DNA of 64,000 nt. Origin: Thermoplasmata archaeon (GTDB lineage: Archaea; Thermoplasmatota; Thermoplasmata; Thermoplasmatales; GCA-001856825). The notes beneath the pieces are model-generated. The model ran no database searches. It saw nothing but the letters and a program-made list of their open reading frames with translations, and had not been told where the DNA came from. The stretch spans positions 107,911 to 171,910 of the forward strand of contig JAJYUZ010000002.1 in NCBI GenBank assembly GCA_021792255.1, written 5' to 3'. Made by a program: the position numbers and the translations under genes. Positions 1 to 10,518 of this stretch are shown piece by piece (position 1 is the stretch's first letter; the number at the start of each line of letters is the position of its first letter).

Positions 1-1
1 T

Positions 2-1192
2 TCAATTTCTGCCCTCTTCAACACTTATTATGTCAGAGACGAGAAGCTCTTTTCAAAGCTCTACCCTATGTCACTAAGACCCCAAGGACAGGACATCATC
101 AGAACGTGGGCCTACTACAGCCTCCTTAGAGGCAATCTCCTTACTGGTGAGAATCCGTGGAAGAGCATTATGATAGATGGAAACATCATGGCTCCCGATG
201 GACGCCCTATGCACGCGTCCTGGGGAAACGTAGTAGATCCAAATGTGCTGCTTGACAAGTACGGAGCAGATGCATTCAGGTATTTCACCGCTTCATGTTC
301 ACTCGGAGAGGATACAGCATTCAGGGAAAGAGATCTTGTGAGGGGACAGAGACTGATGAACAAGATCTTCAATCTCGTAAGTTTCCTGGAATTTTACAGA
401 GGAAAACAGACAGAAAAAGATGAGCTTAGGGCGGTCGATCACTGGATTCTGAAACAGATGGACAGTACGATCGAACAGGTGAAGTCCGCGATGGACAATT
501 TTGAATTCGATCGTGCGATCAGGCTCGCCGAGACTTTCATCTGGCACGATCTGGCAGACAACTATGTTGAGATTATAAAACACAGAATCAGTGGATTTAG
601 AACGTACGAAACAATCTATAGAGTACTGCTTTCGTCTATGATCATGATAGCTCCGATTTTCCCCTTCATCTCTGAAGATTCATATCAGAGGTTGTTCAGA
701 TCCACAGAGGGAAAGAGGAGTGTTTTTGATTTTCAATTTCAAAACAGGATTCCGTACGATGAGAAAGAAGCCCATAATGGCGGAATTACTGCAGAAGTGA
801 TCTCTATGATGAGAGATCTAAAGGTGAAGGAAAAAATCTCCCTCTCGGAAGAGATAAGAGGGGCATCAATATTTGCTTCTTCCGAAATTCTAGTCGACGA
901 CGAAGACGTCAAAGGAACGATCCGTGCTCAAATACTCTCGTACGAAAAAGGGCAAATAGATGAGGAGATAACTTCATTGAAGCTCACTCCAGACTTATAT
1001 TCGGTTCTCAGGGATAGAGCTGAAGCTTTCCTGAAGACCTTAAAGGAGAACACGGCACTGCTTGGTAACGATACGATAGAATTCGAGGGTAGGAAGATAA
1101 AGGCCAGCGAGGTGCTGGCAACGAAATCTTACTCAATTCAAGGAACGAAGGTAAATTGCGGAAAGGGATTCTGCGTATCGATAACGAAATGA
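2..1192 (+). CDS. valS: Valyl-tRNA synthetase, C-terminal part (5' truncated by window edge)
   Basis: Frame is open from position 2. LRPQGQDIIRTWAYY, GNVVDP..YGADAFR, FIWHDLADNYVEIIK and APIFPFISE are archaeal ValRS motifs. The KMSKS position reads PMHAS. Confidence 0.93.
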   Translation, partial: SISALFNTYYVRDEKLFSKLYPMSLRPQGQDIIRTWAYYSLLRGNLLTGENPWKSIMIDGNIMAPDGRPMHASWGNVVDPNVLLDKYGADAFRYFTASCSLGEDTAFRERDLVRGQRLMNKIFNLVSFLEFYRGKQTEKDELRAVDHWILKQMDSTIEQVKSAMDNFEFDRAIRLAETFIWHDLADNYVEIIKHRISGFRTYETIYRVLLSSMIMIAPIFPFISEDSYQRLFRSTEGKRSVFDFQFQNRIPYDEKEAHNGGITAEVISMMRDLKVKEKISLSEEIRGASIFASSEILVDDEDVKGTIRAQILSYEKGQIDEEITSLKLTPDLYSVLRDRAEAFLKTLKENTALLGNDTIEFEGRKIKASEVLATKSYSIQGTKVNCGKGFCVSITK

Positions 1193-1226
1193 CAAATGAT
1201 TTATTTAAAAAAAGAGTATCTATACA

Positions 1227-1601
1227 GTGGTAAGAAGACCCAGCGATGCCGAGCTCATATTCAACGTTCTGAACATCCTTAGGAAGAACGGAGAGATAGT
1301 TGGTGAAGTCAAATTCCTTGATTTCTTGAAGAGCAGGAATGTAGGGGCATCGCCCAAGAGATTCAGGAAGATAATTTACGAGATTCCAGAGATCGAGGTA
1401 TCAGTAAAGTACTCCAGGAAGAAGTTCGATTATCTGGACGATTGTCCGGTCTGCAGTTCTAAATTGACCAGGATCAGAAGCGTCAACTTGGAAGGGAAGA
1501 GAAAAATCATCGGGTACAAGTGCGGCACATGTAGATACGACTCAACAAGTGACGGGAAACCATATATATATGCGTTCAGATTAAAGAACCATGATCTCTG
1601 A
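1227..1601 (+). CDS. Hypothetical Zn-ribbon protein
   Basis: 124-aa basic ORF with CPVC...CGTC pair, GTG start and TATA-like TTTAAA upstream; overlaps the next gene. Confidence 0.7.
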   Translation: MVRRPSDAELIFNVLNILRKNGEIVGEVKFLDFLKSRNVGASPKRFRKIIYEIPEIEVSVKYSRKKFDYLDDCPVCSSKLTRIRSVNLEGKRKIIGYKCGTCRYDSTSDGKPYIYAFRLKNHDL

Positions 1602-2007
1602 CATAGAAAAAAATTACATCGTAGTCAAGCTGGAAAAAGGAGAGGATGTTGGGGAATCGTTGATACAAGTTCTGGACGACTATGGGATATACTCTGGGCT
1701 TATTGAATTTGGAATTGGAATGATCCGTGATCTGGAAGTAGGTTACTGGAACGGCAAGGAGTACGAAAAGTCCAAAATACCAATGCCCGGAGAAGTGGTG
1801 TCGTTTCACGGCAGCATTTCGTCCAACGATCCCAGACTCCATATCCACGTGTCGGTCGCTATCAAGGATCACTCTGTCAGAGGAGGTCACTTCTTTTCAG
1901 GCATTGCTGATCCGCTGATGGAGATACACATACTTAGATTGGAAGAGATCGTGTTAAAGAGAGAACTGAACACAATATCGGGTCTTAAAGAGTTGACGTT
2001 TGACTGA
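1591..2007 (+). CDS. PPC/DUF296 domain protein
   Basis: GIGM, EVVSFHGSI, HIHVSV and GGH motifs. Confidence 0.88.
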   Translation: MISDIEKNYIVVKLEKGEDVGESLIQVLDDYGIYSGLIEFGIGMIRDLEVGYWNGKEYEKSKIPMPGEVVSFHGSISSNDPRLHIHVSVAIKDHSVRGGHFFSGIADPLMEIHILRLEEIVLKRELNTISGLKELTFD

Positions 2008-2138
2008 AAACGGGCCCATTTCGGACCCAATTAAGAGAATCATTTGTTCCCCAAATGTTCCTTGTGGTCATTTAGAAATGAGCTAATCTAACCAATCTTA
2101 GAAACCATAAATAGATGTATTCGATGATGAAATAAACT

Positions 2139-2645
2139 ATGAAAATTGACCTGAGAATCCCATTGTGGATATCCATCATTGGTTATCTGCTCTTTTTTGT
2201 TATGATAGTCGGATTCACGGTATTCCTCCCTTGGATTGTTCCCGTATCTCTGATAGTCGGAGCTGTCATCGTGGGTCTGATCGCGTGGGGGATCCACAAA
2301 AGGATCCTGCGTTGGCCCATCGCAATAGTCATAGGCGTAATTGCCTTGATTTTCTTCTTTCTAGCATTCAGAGGCTTCATCGTCCTGGTCGAAACTCAGG
2401 TCCTCGGAAAGATTTTCCTCCTCTCTGGCCTAATAGGACTTGTAATTATCTTTCTGGGCAGGAAGAACAGGGAGATTCAGGAATTCGAGAAGTTCATAGG
2501 ATTTGAGACTCCCCTTAAAAGACTCAGCAAAAATAGTAAATATCTTGCTAATAGGGTCATTGATCCCCAAAAAATTTGGTCAAACATATATCATCCCAAA
2601 CCAAAAAGTGTGCTTACAAGAAAAAAGAGAAGGTTTAGGCTATAG
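2139..2645 (+). CDS. Hypothetical membrane protein (about 4 TM helices, basic C-terminal tail)
   Basis: Hydrophobic segments in the first 110 aa; no family recognised. Confidence 0.6.
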   Translation: MKIDLRIPLWISIIGYLLFFVMIVGFTVFLPWIVPVSLIVGAVIVGLIAWGIHKRILRWPIAIVIGVIALIFFFLAFRGFIVLVETQVLGKIFLLSGLIGLVIIFLGRKNREIQEFEKFIGFETPLKRLSKNSKYLANRVIDPQKIWSNIYHPKPKSVLTRKKRRFRL

Positions 2646-2672
2646 GCATCCTTTGCTTATCCTCCTGGAAGT

Positions 2673-3248
2673 TTAGCTTGAGAAGAGCTTTTTTATTCTA
2701 TCTGTCAGTAAGAGGGTCCCGATCGAAAGCACTTTCTCATTCTCAACATCGATCGCAGTCATGGACGCCAGTTTTATGTCGATTCCGTAACTTTCCCGCT
2801 CGTTCAGTCCCAGGAAACTAGCCGTAAGGACTCTGATGGGAAGCGCGTGACTGACGAAGATGTAGCAACCATCGTAATCATTGAGCGCACTTCTCATCCG
2901 TTTGAGCTGAGAGTCCCACGTTTCCATCCCCAGGTCTTCTCTGTTGAGCTTGGGCACCTCGTCGACTTTGTATCCATTGTATGGACCGAGTCCTGACTCT
3001 CTGATCTTGTTGTTTTCAGTAACCTTCAGACCCACTACCTCCCCGACGGTTCTCGCAGTCTGTTTTGTTCTCAGCAATGGACTGCAGACAATTCCATTAA
3101 ATCTCAGTCCCTTTAACTGTTCGGCAGAAAAGAGAATCTGCTCAACGCCTCTCTCTGTTAGGGGATACTGGTTCATGTCCTCTGAAATTATGCTGTTGAC
3201 GTTGGCAAAACTTTCTCCGTGCCTCATCAAAATCATTTTTTTTATCAA
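2673..3248 (-). CDS. Histidine phosphatase family / cofactor-dependent phosphoglycerate mutase
   Basis: LMRHGES, SPLLRTKQTA and VSH motifs. Confidence 0.85.
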   Translation of the reverse strand: MIKKMILMRHGESFANVNSIISEDMNQYPLTERGVEQILFSAEQLKGLRFNGIVCSPLLRTKQTARTVGEVVGLKVTENNKIRESGLGPYNGYKVDEVPKLNREDLGMETWDSQLKRMRSALNDYDGCYIFVSHALPIRVLTASFLGLNERESYGIDIKLASMTAIDVENEKVLSIGTLLLTDRIKKLFSS

Positions 3249-3603
3249 ATAAATCTACCAATCACTAATCTAACAATTTAATAAAATTTTCCTTCCACTG
3301 GGCTTTGTCATCTAGTTATCAATACAAACCACAAAATTCGTCTCGAAAATCTTGGTCTTTGCAGGTGAGAGAGAGTCGATAAAAATTAGCTCCTTATGTC
3401 CTAGAGCCGTAATACTGGGAAAAAGTTGAGGATCCATCGAGCATTAGATCGTACTGATATTCGTATGGTGAATTCCTCAAAAAGTGTCGTTTGTAAAAAC
3501 TACAACCTGCCACCCTTCTACGACTCGTGATAGTGATAAAAGAGAGATGAAGAATAATCAAGAATGAAGAAAATAATTCAATCCTTCATGCCTATGACAA
3601 AGA

Positions 3604-4134
3604 TCATTGAGCGAAGTAGCTGTAATTGACAATGATGTGTGCGATTCCTGTTACAGGACTGGAGGATGTGGATGCAACACAGAAGAGGTAGTTGCCTGGA
3701 GGAAGGGAAAGCGATATGGTAGCGTTGCTCACGGGTCCTAGGAAGTAGATGCTCCAGTTCTTGTCATCTGAAATGTTGTTCGAAATTCGCGAGGGAAAAC
3801 TATGTGTCGACCACAAGATGAAGAAATATACGGGCCCGTCGTATGACAAAGGACCATACACGTGCGCGGGCCATGATAGACTTACTGGAATACCAACTAT
3901 ATCTCCATTTTCGAATGGTCCGCGTAATAATGAAGTGTTGAGTGATTGTATGTAATACTGTGGATAAGTATAGTGAGGTTCAGACGCTAATATGGTTTTG
4001 TAATCGCTGTAGAAAAGACCTGCAAGGAAGGATGTTGAAGCTAAGGCTATAACTAAGACTAATGTTACAATACTGAATATTGTTTTCCTACTCTTTTTGA
4101 CATCTGAGCTTCCCGAATGCATCATATTGTACAT
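3604..4134 (-). CDS. Hypothetical membrane-anchored surface protein
   Basis: One N-terminal TM helix, then an S/T/Y-rich domain with several N-x-S/T sequons. Confidence 0.6.
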   Translation of the reverse strand: MYNMMHSGSSDVKKSRKTIFSIVTLVLVIALASTSFLAGLFYSDYKTILASEPHYTYPQYYIQSLNTSLLRGPFENGDIVGIPVSLSWPAHVYGPLSYDGPVYFFILWSTHSFPSRISNNISDDKNWSIYFLGPVSNATISLSLPPGNYLFCVASTSSSPVTGIAHIIVNYSYFAQ

Positions 4135-4171
4135 GACCTGCTTTTAGTTTAATTTTTCTAAACCCCAGTTT

Positions 4172-5077
4172 TCAAAGATTTTTGGGAGATCGTCCAAAAT
4201 TTGACCTGAAATGATCGTAACCGGTAGCTATTCCAGATTTTCCATTTAGGTCAGCAATGCCTTTCCCTTTCAAGACCCTACCCACCAATGGATATCCCAT
4301 AAGTCTATCGGGTGAAGTGAAAAGCAACTCGTAGTCTCCTCCAGTGGAAAATATGGAAACTCTTTCCTTCTCGCTTCTTGAATCTTTAGAGATATCGTGT
4401 TCTATCTTTATCTTGACTCTGCTCATACTAGACAGAATGTTGAGGGACTTGTAAACTCCATCTGAGTTGTCTATGCAAGAGGTAACTCTAGACTTGCTGA
4501 GAGAGTTGTGTAAATCCAGTCTAGGATTTATTTCAAGAATTTCCCTGAATTTTCCTCTCTCACCTTTATGATAATCGAGAATCGCACGTTCGTTCTTTCC
4601 GATCGTGGATGAGATATAAACGAAATCGCCTGGCTTGGCTCCGCTTCTTCTAAACTCCTTCCCCTTTTTCACCTCGCCTAAAACTAGGCCAGTCAATGAG
4701 ATTTTCTTAGATTCTTTCAAGTCCCCCCCAGAAAATTTTGTGTCAAACCTACCAAGCTCGTCTCTTATTCCCATGACAAGCTGTTCTGCCCATTTTTCGT
4801 CTAGTGTTCTGGGGAAAGAAAAAGATACCATCATTTCGAGTGGTTTTCCATTCTTGGAGGCAATATCGCTCAGGTTGATGTCGACTAAGAACTTCCCTAC
4901 TAGTTTTGGGTCCCACCACTTTTCGAAATGAAATCCTTCGTTTATCGTATCCATTGCGAGCAACATATATCTCTTGCCAAGGTCAAAGAAATGCACGTCT
5001 TCGTCCTCGTTCTTCTCTTCGAAAATTTTCCATATTTTGTCTATGAGTTTTCTTTCTCCTATGTCTTTTATCTCCAT
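4172..5077 (-). CDS. thiL: Thiamine-monophosphate kinase
   Basis: IGE..LI, NLSDIA, GGD, RSGAKPGD, DNSDG and GGDYELLFT motifs. Confidence 0.92.
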   Translation of the reverse strand: MEIKDIGERKLIDKIWKIFEEKNEDEDVHFFDLGKRYMLLAMDTINEGFHFEKWWDPKLVGKFLVDINLSDIASKNGKPLEMMVSFSFPRTLDEKWAEQLVMGIRDELGRFDTKFSGGDLKESKKISLTGLVLGEVKKGKEFRRSGAKPGDFVYISSTIGKNERAILDYHKGERGKFREILEINPRLDLHNSLSKSRVTSCIDNSDGVYKSLNILSSMSRVKIKIEHDISKDSRSEKERVSIFSTGGDYELLFTSPDRLMGYPLVGRVLKGKGIADLNGKSGIATGYDHFRSNFGRSPKNL

Positions 5078-5117
5078 CGCAAAGATAATTAGATGTAGTT
5101 AAATAAATTATCAACAG

Positions 5118-5828
5118 ATGGACGAGATCGAGGTCGAAAACAGCATATTCTTTACCAGATACGGGGCGGCATTTCTCGAAGACATATCAGCTGTTGTCGT
5201 TTCTGACGTCCACCTCGGATATGAAGACGTCCTAGCAATGAATGGCATATTTATACCGAGAGTCCAGTCACAAATGATTTACGACACCGTCGATCTTATA
5301 ATTAAAAGGTACAAACCTGAAAAATTCATCATAGATGGGGATCTGAAGCACGAATTTTCAAGGAACACTTCTCAAGAGTGGAATGATGTATACGAACTAC
5401 TGAAGCGAATTAGCATGAAAGCAGAACCAATAATAGTAAAGGGGAACCACGATAACTATGTTGCAAACATCGCTTCAAAACTGAATCTAAAGACATACGA
5501 TATCTATCGCGAAGGAAGATATACGTTCCATCACGGACACAAAGAATTCAAATGGAACGATGTTGCTATAATAGGAAACGAACATCCGGCGGTTGGACTG
5601 AGAGACTCAGTGGATTCGGTCTTGAAATTACACTGCTTCCTGTACTTCAAGAAGGAGAGATTGATCGTTCTACCAGCAATGTCAATCTATGCAGGAGGCT
5701 CCGACATCCTGAAGAATGAAATCTCATCGCCGGTTCTCAAAAAAGTCGAACTCAACGATGGAAGGGTTTACGGACTCTGGGAGGCATACGGAACCATTGA
5801 TCTGGGAAACGTAGGTGGGTTGCTTTGA
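5118..5828 (+). CDS. Calcineurin-like metallophosphoesterase (COG1407 type)
   Basis: SDVHLG, GDLKH, GNHD, HGH and GNEHP motifs. Confidence 0.88.
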   Translation: MDEIEVENSIFFTRYGAAFLEDISAVVVSDVHLGYEDVLAMNGIFIPRVQSQMIYDTVDLIIKRYKPEKFIIDGDLKHEFSRNTSQEWNDVYELLKRISMKAEPIIVKGNHDNYVANIASKLNLKTYDIYREGRYTFHHGHKEFKWNDVAIIGNEHPAVGLRDSVDSVLKLHCFLYFKKERLIVLPAMSIYAGGSDILKNEISSPVLKKVELNDGRVYGLWEAYGTIDLGNVGGLL

Positions 5829-6550
5829 TCGGGTTTGTATCTGCCGGTTTTAATCCACCGTCGAGTTTCACGAAAGAAGAACTTGACTATCTTGAAAGTT
5901 CGGAACTGATTTTGGTTGACACTTATACATCGCCGAACTATCTCAAAGAATTCGGGGGGAAAAAACTGACTTTCGTAGGTCGAGAGAAGCTGGAGAATTT
6001 CGAATGGATTTTAAACGAAAAGAGGGACATCTCGATAATCATTCCGGGAGATTCGTTTTCTGCAACGACGCACTTCACGATTTACAAGGAGGCAATACTA
6101 AGAGGGCTCGCAGTCAGAGTTTTTTACAACTCATCCATTTTTCCAATTGCAGCGACTAGATTGGGTCTGCATCTCTACAAGATAGGGCCTCCCGTTTCCC
6201 TGCCACGATTCAAGGACAGATTCAGACCTATCTCTCCATACGAGAAGATGCTTGAGAATTTCAAGAGTGGCCTGCATACAATCCTGCTTCTCGATACAGA
6301 ACCACCGCTGGAGCTGCACGATGCTCTTGAAGAACTTTTCTGGATGGAGTCAGAATTGAAGGGAGCCTTATTCGGTCCTGACAGAGAAGTGGGGGTAGTG
6401 AGCGGTCTAGGAACTCCGGATGAGAAAGTGATCTATGGGAAATTAGAAACTCTTAAAGAATGGAAGAATGGAAAAGTACCTTTCACGATCGTTGTGCCCG
6501 CGAAGCTACATTTTCAAGAGAAGGAAGCACTCGATTTATTCAGGATATAG
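5825..6550 (+). CDS. dph5: Diphthine synthase
   Basis: YTS, GDSFSATTH, GLHLYKIG..VSLP, SPYE and GLHTILLLD motifs; TTGA overlap with the upstream gene. Confidence 0.9.
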   Translation: MIGFVSAGFNPPSSFTKEELDYLESSELILVDTYTSPNYLKEFGGKKLTFVGREKLENFEWILNEKRDISIIIPGDSFSATTHFTIYKEAILRGLAVRVFYNSSIFPIAATRLGLHLYKIGPPVSLPRFKDRFRPISPYEKMLENFKSGLHTILLLDTEPPLELHDALEELFWMESELKGALFGPDREVGVVSGLGTPDEKVIYGKLETLKEWKNGKVPFTIVVPAKLHFQEKEALDLFRI

Positions 6551-6555
6551 TCGGC

Positions 6556-6569
6556 TTTTTTCTCTTTTT
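6556..6569 (+). terminator. T-rich archaeal terminator after dph5
   Basis: TTTTTTCTCTTTTT just after the stop codon. Confidence 0.5.
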
Positions 6570-6580
6570 GGTAATCTCAT

Positions 6581-6592
6581 AAAGATTTATTA
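6581..6592 (+). promoter_or_regulatory. BRE/TATA promoter for the psmA operon
   Basis: AAAGATTTATTA upstream of psmA; SD-like AGGTGA before ATG 6628. Confidence 0.5.
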
Positions 6593-6627
6593 CTGCGTTG
6601 CCATATACGGAGAAAGTAGGTGAAAAG

Positions 6628-7338
6628 ATGCAATCAGCACAAATGGCGTATGATAGGGCTATCACGGTATTCTCACCAGACGGTAGGTTGTTCCAAGTAG
6701 AATATGCGAGGGAAGCCGTCAAGCGAGGTACGACAGCAATCGGTATTGTGTTTGAGGATGGAGCCATTTTAATGGCGGACAAGAGAATAAAGAGCGGCCT
6801 CATCGAGGAGAAAAGTATAGAGAAGATATTTACAATCGACGGTCACATAGGTGCAGCCTCATCTGGTCTGATCGGCGATGCCAGGATATTGATAGATCAC
6901 GCAAGACTCCAAGCTCAATCTGAGAAAGTCACTTATGGACAGGATATAATAGTAGAGTCTTTGGTTAAGAAGGTCTGTGATTTGCTACAGCAATACACAC
7001 AGTATGGGGGGGTAAGACCCTTCGGTGCTTCTCTCCTGATCACCGGGATCGACGAGACAGGTATCACTCTTTTCGAAACGGATCCCTCTGGTCTTTCCAC
7101 TGGCTATAAGGCAGACGCTATCGGGTACGGAAGGGACGCAGCAGTAGAGCTCCTTGAGAAGGAGTACAAGGACAAAATGCAAATGAAGGATGCTGTAGAG
7201 CTCGGCATTAGAGCCCTCAAGGCAGGACTAGAACAGGGACAGGGATTGGGAATGGTAAGCGTTGGTGTGATAACCAAGGGCCAAAAGTTCAGGATTCTAT
7301 CTCTGGAGGAAACAGACAAGTTAATAGGCGCCAAGTGA
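6628..7338 (+). CDS. psmA: Proteasome subunit alpha
   Basis: YDRAITVFSPDGRLFQVEYAREAVKRG and RPFGASLL; ATG 6628 follows an SD. Confidence 0.97.
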   Translation: MQSAQMAYDRAITVFSPDGRLFQVEYAREAVKRGTTAIGIVFEDGAILMADKRIKSGLIEEKSIEKIFTIDGHIGAASSGLIGDARILIDHARLQAQSEKVTYGQDIIVESLVKKVCDLLQQYTQYGGVRPFGASLLITGIDETGITLFETDPSGLSTGYKADAIGYGRDAAVELLEKEYKDKMQMKDAVELGIRALKAGLEQGQGLGMVSVGVITKGQKFRILSLEETDKLIGAK

Positions 7339-7346
7339 GGAGTCTA

Positions 7347-8042
7347 ATGGTCAAAGTAGAGGACGCTCTTATTGCCAGGTACGAATCAAAGGGACACAGA
7401 TTCGAAGTACTCGTAGACCAAAAATTAGTGGATTTAGTAAAATCAGGAAAGAACGTCAACGTTTCTGATTATATGGCAGCGGACGTAGTTTTCAAGGATA
7501 GCAGTAAGGGCGACAGGGCATCTGATGAAGTCATCAAGGAAGTATTCGGGACAGAAGACTTCCCAACTGTGGTCACAGAAATAGTAAAGAAGGGACAAGT
7601 GCAGCTGACCACAGATCAGAGAAGAAGAATGCTCGAGGAAAAAAGGAGACAGATCATCGAAATAATCTCAAGGGAATCTATGAACCCCCAGTCCGGAACG
7701 CCCCATCCTCCTCAGAGGATTGAGAAGGCAATGGAGGAAGCAAAAGTGAGGATCGATCCGTTCAAGAGCGCAGAGGAGCAGATAAACGAAGTTCTAAAGG
7801 CAATAAGAGTAATTCTTCCCATTAGGTTCGAGCACGTAAAAATGGAGATAGAGGTTCCAGGAACCGAATACGGAAAGATTTATGCAGAAATGACCCACCT
7901 GGGACAAATCATAAAGGAAGATTGGAAGAACAACGGGAATTACAGCGCAGTATTGGAAATTCCTGCTGGAGTTCAGGATCAACTGTACGATTTCCTGAAC
8001 AAGAGAACGAAAGGCAACGTAGATATTAAATTGATAAAGTAG
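7347..8042 (+). CDS. sdo1: Ribosome maturation protein SBDS/Sdo1
   Basis: GHRFEVLV, GQVQLTTDQRR and PHPPQRIEKAMEEA; conserved position after psmA. Confidence 0.95.
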   Translation: MVKVEDALIARYESKGHRFEVLVDQKLVDLVKSGKNVNVSDYMAADVVFKDSSKGDRASDEVIKEVFGTEDFPTVVTEIVKKGQVQLTTDQRRRMLEEKRRQIIEIISRESMNPQSGTPHPPQRIEKAMEEAKVRIDPFKSAEEQINEVLKAIRVILPIRFEHVKMEIEVPGTEYGKIYAEMTHLGQIIKEDWKNNGNYSAVLEIPAGVQDQLYDFLNKRTKGNVDIKLIK

Positions 8043-8048
8043 AGGTGA

Positions 8049-8717
8049 ATGTATTTGGATATAGAGAGGAAGATTGTTTTACCAGGAGAAGAGATAAGTC
8101 TAGAAGGAATGAAACAAGGAAACGGAATTTATCACGACGGCGGAAAGTACTACTCCTACCAGATGGGAGTAATTCAGACGTACAACAATTATGCGAACGT
8201 AATTCCGTTGTCAGGAAAGTACTATCCTGTGAGAAATGACAGGGTAATAGGGAAGGTCGTTGACGTAGCACCCTCTTTCTGGATAATGGACATAAGGGGG
8301 CCCTACCCGGGTTTCCTTCACATAAACGATACTCCATGGAAAAATTTGGATCAGGAGCTTAACAAGATACTAAGAGTAAGCGATACCGTATTCCTGAAGG
8401 TCAACGAGATAACGGAGTCAAGGCAGATATGGCTCTCTCTCAAAGATGCGGGCCTGAGAAAGTTAGAGGGGGGTCACATAGTAATGGTCCAGCCTACAAA
8501 GGTATCCAGGATAATCGGTAAGGGTGGATCGATGGTCAATACCATAAAAGAACTGACTGGAGTGAAGGTCCAGTTGGGCCAGAACGGCGTGGTATGGCTT
8601 GACGGACCGGCGGACAAAGTCATGACCGTGAGAAAAATACTGAAGTACATTGAGAAGGAAGCGCATACTTCGGGACTGACGGATAGAGTGAAAAAGATAC
8701 TAGAAGAGAGTAGGTGA
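8049..8717 (+). CDS. rrp4: Exosome RNA-binding protein Rrp4
   Basis: VLPGE, S1 domain, KH motif RIIGKGGSM and GQNG. Confidence 0.94.
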   Translation: MYLDIERKIVLPGEEISLEGMKQGNGIYHDGGKYYSYQMGVIQTYNNYANVIPLSGKYYPVRNDRVIGKVVDVAPSFWIMDIRGPYPGFLHINDTPWKNLDQELNKILRVSDTVFLKVNEITESRQIWLSLKDAGLRKLEGGHIVMVQPTKVSRIIGKGGSMVNTIKELTGVKVQLGQNGVVWLDGPADKVMTVRKILKYIEKEAHTSGLTDRVKKILEESR

Positions 8718-8722
8718 TTGAA

Positions 8723-9478
8723 ATGGGAGGAACGCAAAGCGATATAAAACTGATGAACGAAGAAGGTTTGAGAATAGATGGAAGGAAATTCAACGAGCTG
8801 AGGCCAATACGAATTGAGGTAGGAGTTCTAAACAGGGCAGATGGCTCTGCCTACATAGAGTGGGGAGGGAACAAGGTTCTGGTTGCAGTATATGGACCAA
8901 GGGAGGCATTCCCAAAACACACTCAGAATCCCTCAAGGGCCATAATAAATGCCAGATACAACATGGCAGCATTTTCTGTCGATGAAAGAAAGAGACCAGG
9001 ACCGGACAGAAGGGCGGTTGAGATAAGCAAGGTCATTGGCGAGGCACTCGAGTGCGCGGTTTTCACGGAGCAGTTTCCGAGGACCAGCATAGACGTTTAC
9101 ATAGAAGTGCTCCAGGCTGACGCAGGAACGAGAATTGCGGGTCTTACTGCGGCTTCGGTGGCATTGGTCGATGCAGGAATACCAATGAAAGATATGGTAG
9201 TTGGATGTGCGGCCGGGAAAATCGACGGTAAGGTCGTGCTAGATCTGAATAAAGAAGAGGATAACTACGGTCAGGCAGATCTCCCGATGGCAATAATTCC
9301 CAGAACGCAAGAAATAGTGCTTCTACAGATGGATGGAAATTTGACTCGGGAGGAACTGGAAGAGGCAGTGGAAATGTCAAAGAAGGCAGCGACGTACATC
9401 TCTGATCTTCAAAAAGAAGCTTTAATGGCCAAATATAAGAGTCAGGAACCAGAGAAGGAAGGTGAGCGCGATGAGTAA
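8723..9478 (+). CDS. rrp41: Exosome exonuclease Rrp41
   Basis: [26 protein letters not shown] and QADAGTR. Confidence 0.96.
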   Translation: MGGTQSDIKLMNEEGLRIDGRKFNELRPIRIEVGVLNRADGSAYIEWGGNKVLVAVYGPREAFPKHTQNPSRAIINARYNMAAFSVDERKRPGPDRRAVEISKVIGEALECAVFTEQFPRTSIDVYIEVLQADAGTRIAGLTAASVALVDAGIPMKDMVVGCAAGKIDGKVVLDLNKEEDNYGQADLPMAIIPRTQEIVLLQMDGNLTREELEEAVEMSKKAATYISDLQKEALMAKYKSQEPEKEGERDE

Positions 9479-10256
9479 AAGCGCTGATGAAATAGTATAT
9501 GGATTGAAGAGGGAATACTTAGAGAAGATTTGCGCAGAAGGAAACAGGATCGACGGAAGAAAGCTAGATGAAATGAGGAATCTCGTCGTTAACACGAACT
9601 TCGTGCCTAGGGCAGAAGGATCAGCGGAAGTCAGGCTGGGGGACACTAGGGTCTTGGTCGGAATCAAGGTAGAACAGGGCGAACCCTTTCCCGATACTCC
9701 GAAGAGTGGCATATTGACCACAAATGCAGAGATGTTACCAATGGCTTCGCCGATTTTTGAATCTGGCCCGCCAAGTGAGGATGCAATAGAGCTGGCGAGA
9801 GTCGTCGACAGAGGAATAAGGGAGTCAAAGATGATCGATCTAGATAAACTTGTCATAAAGGAGGGAGAGAAGGTCTGGGTCGTCTTCATAGATATGCACA
9901 TTCTAGATTACGACGGTAACTTGATCGACGCTTGCTCTATAGGTGCGGTAGCCGCACTTCTAAATTCCAAAGTCCCTGCGTCAGAGATCGGAGCTGAGGA
10001 TTACCCACTACCAATAAGCCACGTCCCCGTCACCATAACTTTTGCAAAAATAGGATCAACTGTGGTAGCCGACCCGAACCTAGAGGAGGAGGAAGTTGCA
10101 TCGGCAAGACTGTCCGTGGCGACAAACGAAAATGGAGACGTAGTCGCAATGCAGAAAGGTCTGGGGGGAAGCATAACTAAAGAGGAGCTTTTCTCTGCCG
10201 TAGACACCTCCATAAAAGTGGGAAAGGATATTAGGAAGAGAGTACTGGGGAGATGA
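9471..10256 (+). CDS. rrp42: Exosome protein Rrp42
   Basis: [33 protein letters not shown] and DYDGNLID. Confidence 0.96.
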   Translation: MSKSADEIVYGLKREYLEKICAEGNRIDGRKLDEMRNLVVNTNFVPRAEGSAEVRLGDTRVLVGIKVEQGEPFPDTPKSGILTTNAEMLPMASPIFESGPPSEDAIELARVVDRGIRESKMIDLDKLVIKEGEKVWVVFIDMHILDYDGNLIDACSIGAVAALLNSKVPASEIGAEDYPLPISHVPVTITFAKIGSTVVADPNLEEEEVASARLSVATNENGDVVAMQKGLGGSITKEELFSAVDTSIKVGKDIRKRVLGR

Positions 10257-10260
10257 GTCA

Positions 10261-10518
10261 ATGGCGAAGAGGACAAGAAAGGTAGGAAGCTCTGGCAGAT
10301 TCGGGGCCAGGTACGGTTCAACAGTCAAGAAGAGGTGGCTAGAGATGGAAAATCTCAGAAAGACAACGTACATCTGCCCTAGATGCCATCACGTTTCGGT
10401 TAAGAGAGAGCACCCTGGGATATGGGAGTGCAGGAAGTGTGGGTTTGAATTTGTAGGAGACGCCTATGCTCCAGAGTTGAATACCGAGTTCAAAAAGGTG
10501 GACCTGGAAAATGTTTAA
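10261..10518 (+). CDS. rpl37ae: 50S ribosomal protein L37Ae (eL43)
   Basis: GRFGARYG and CPRC...GIWECRKC. Confidence 0.96.
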   Translation: MAKRTRKVGSSGRFGARYGSTVKKRWLEMENLRKTTYICPRCHHVSVKREHPGIWECRKCGFEFVGDAYAPELNTEFKKVDLENV

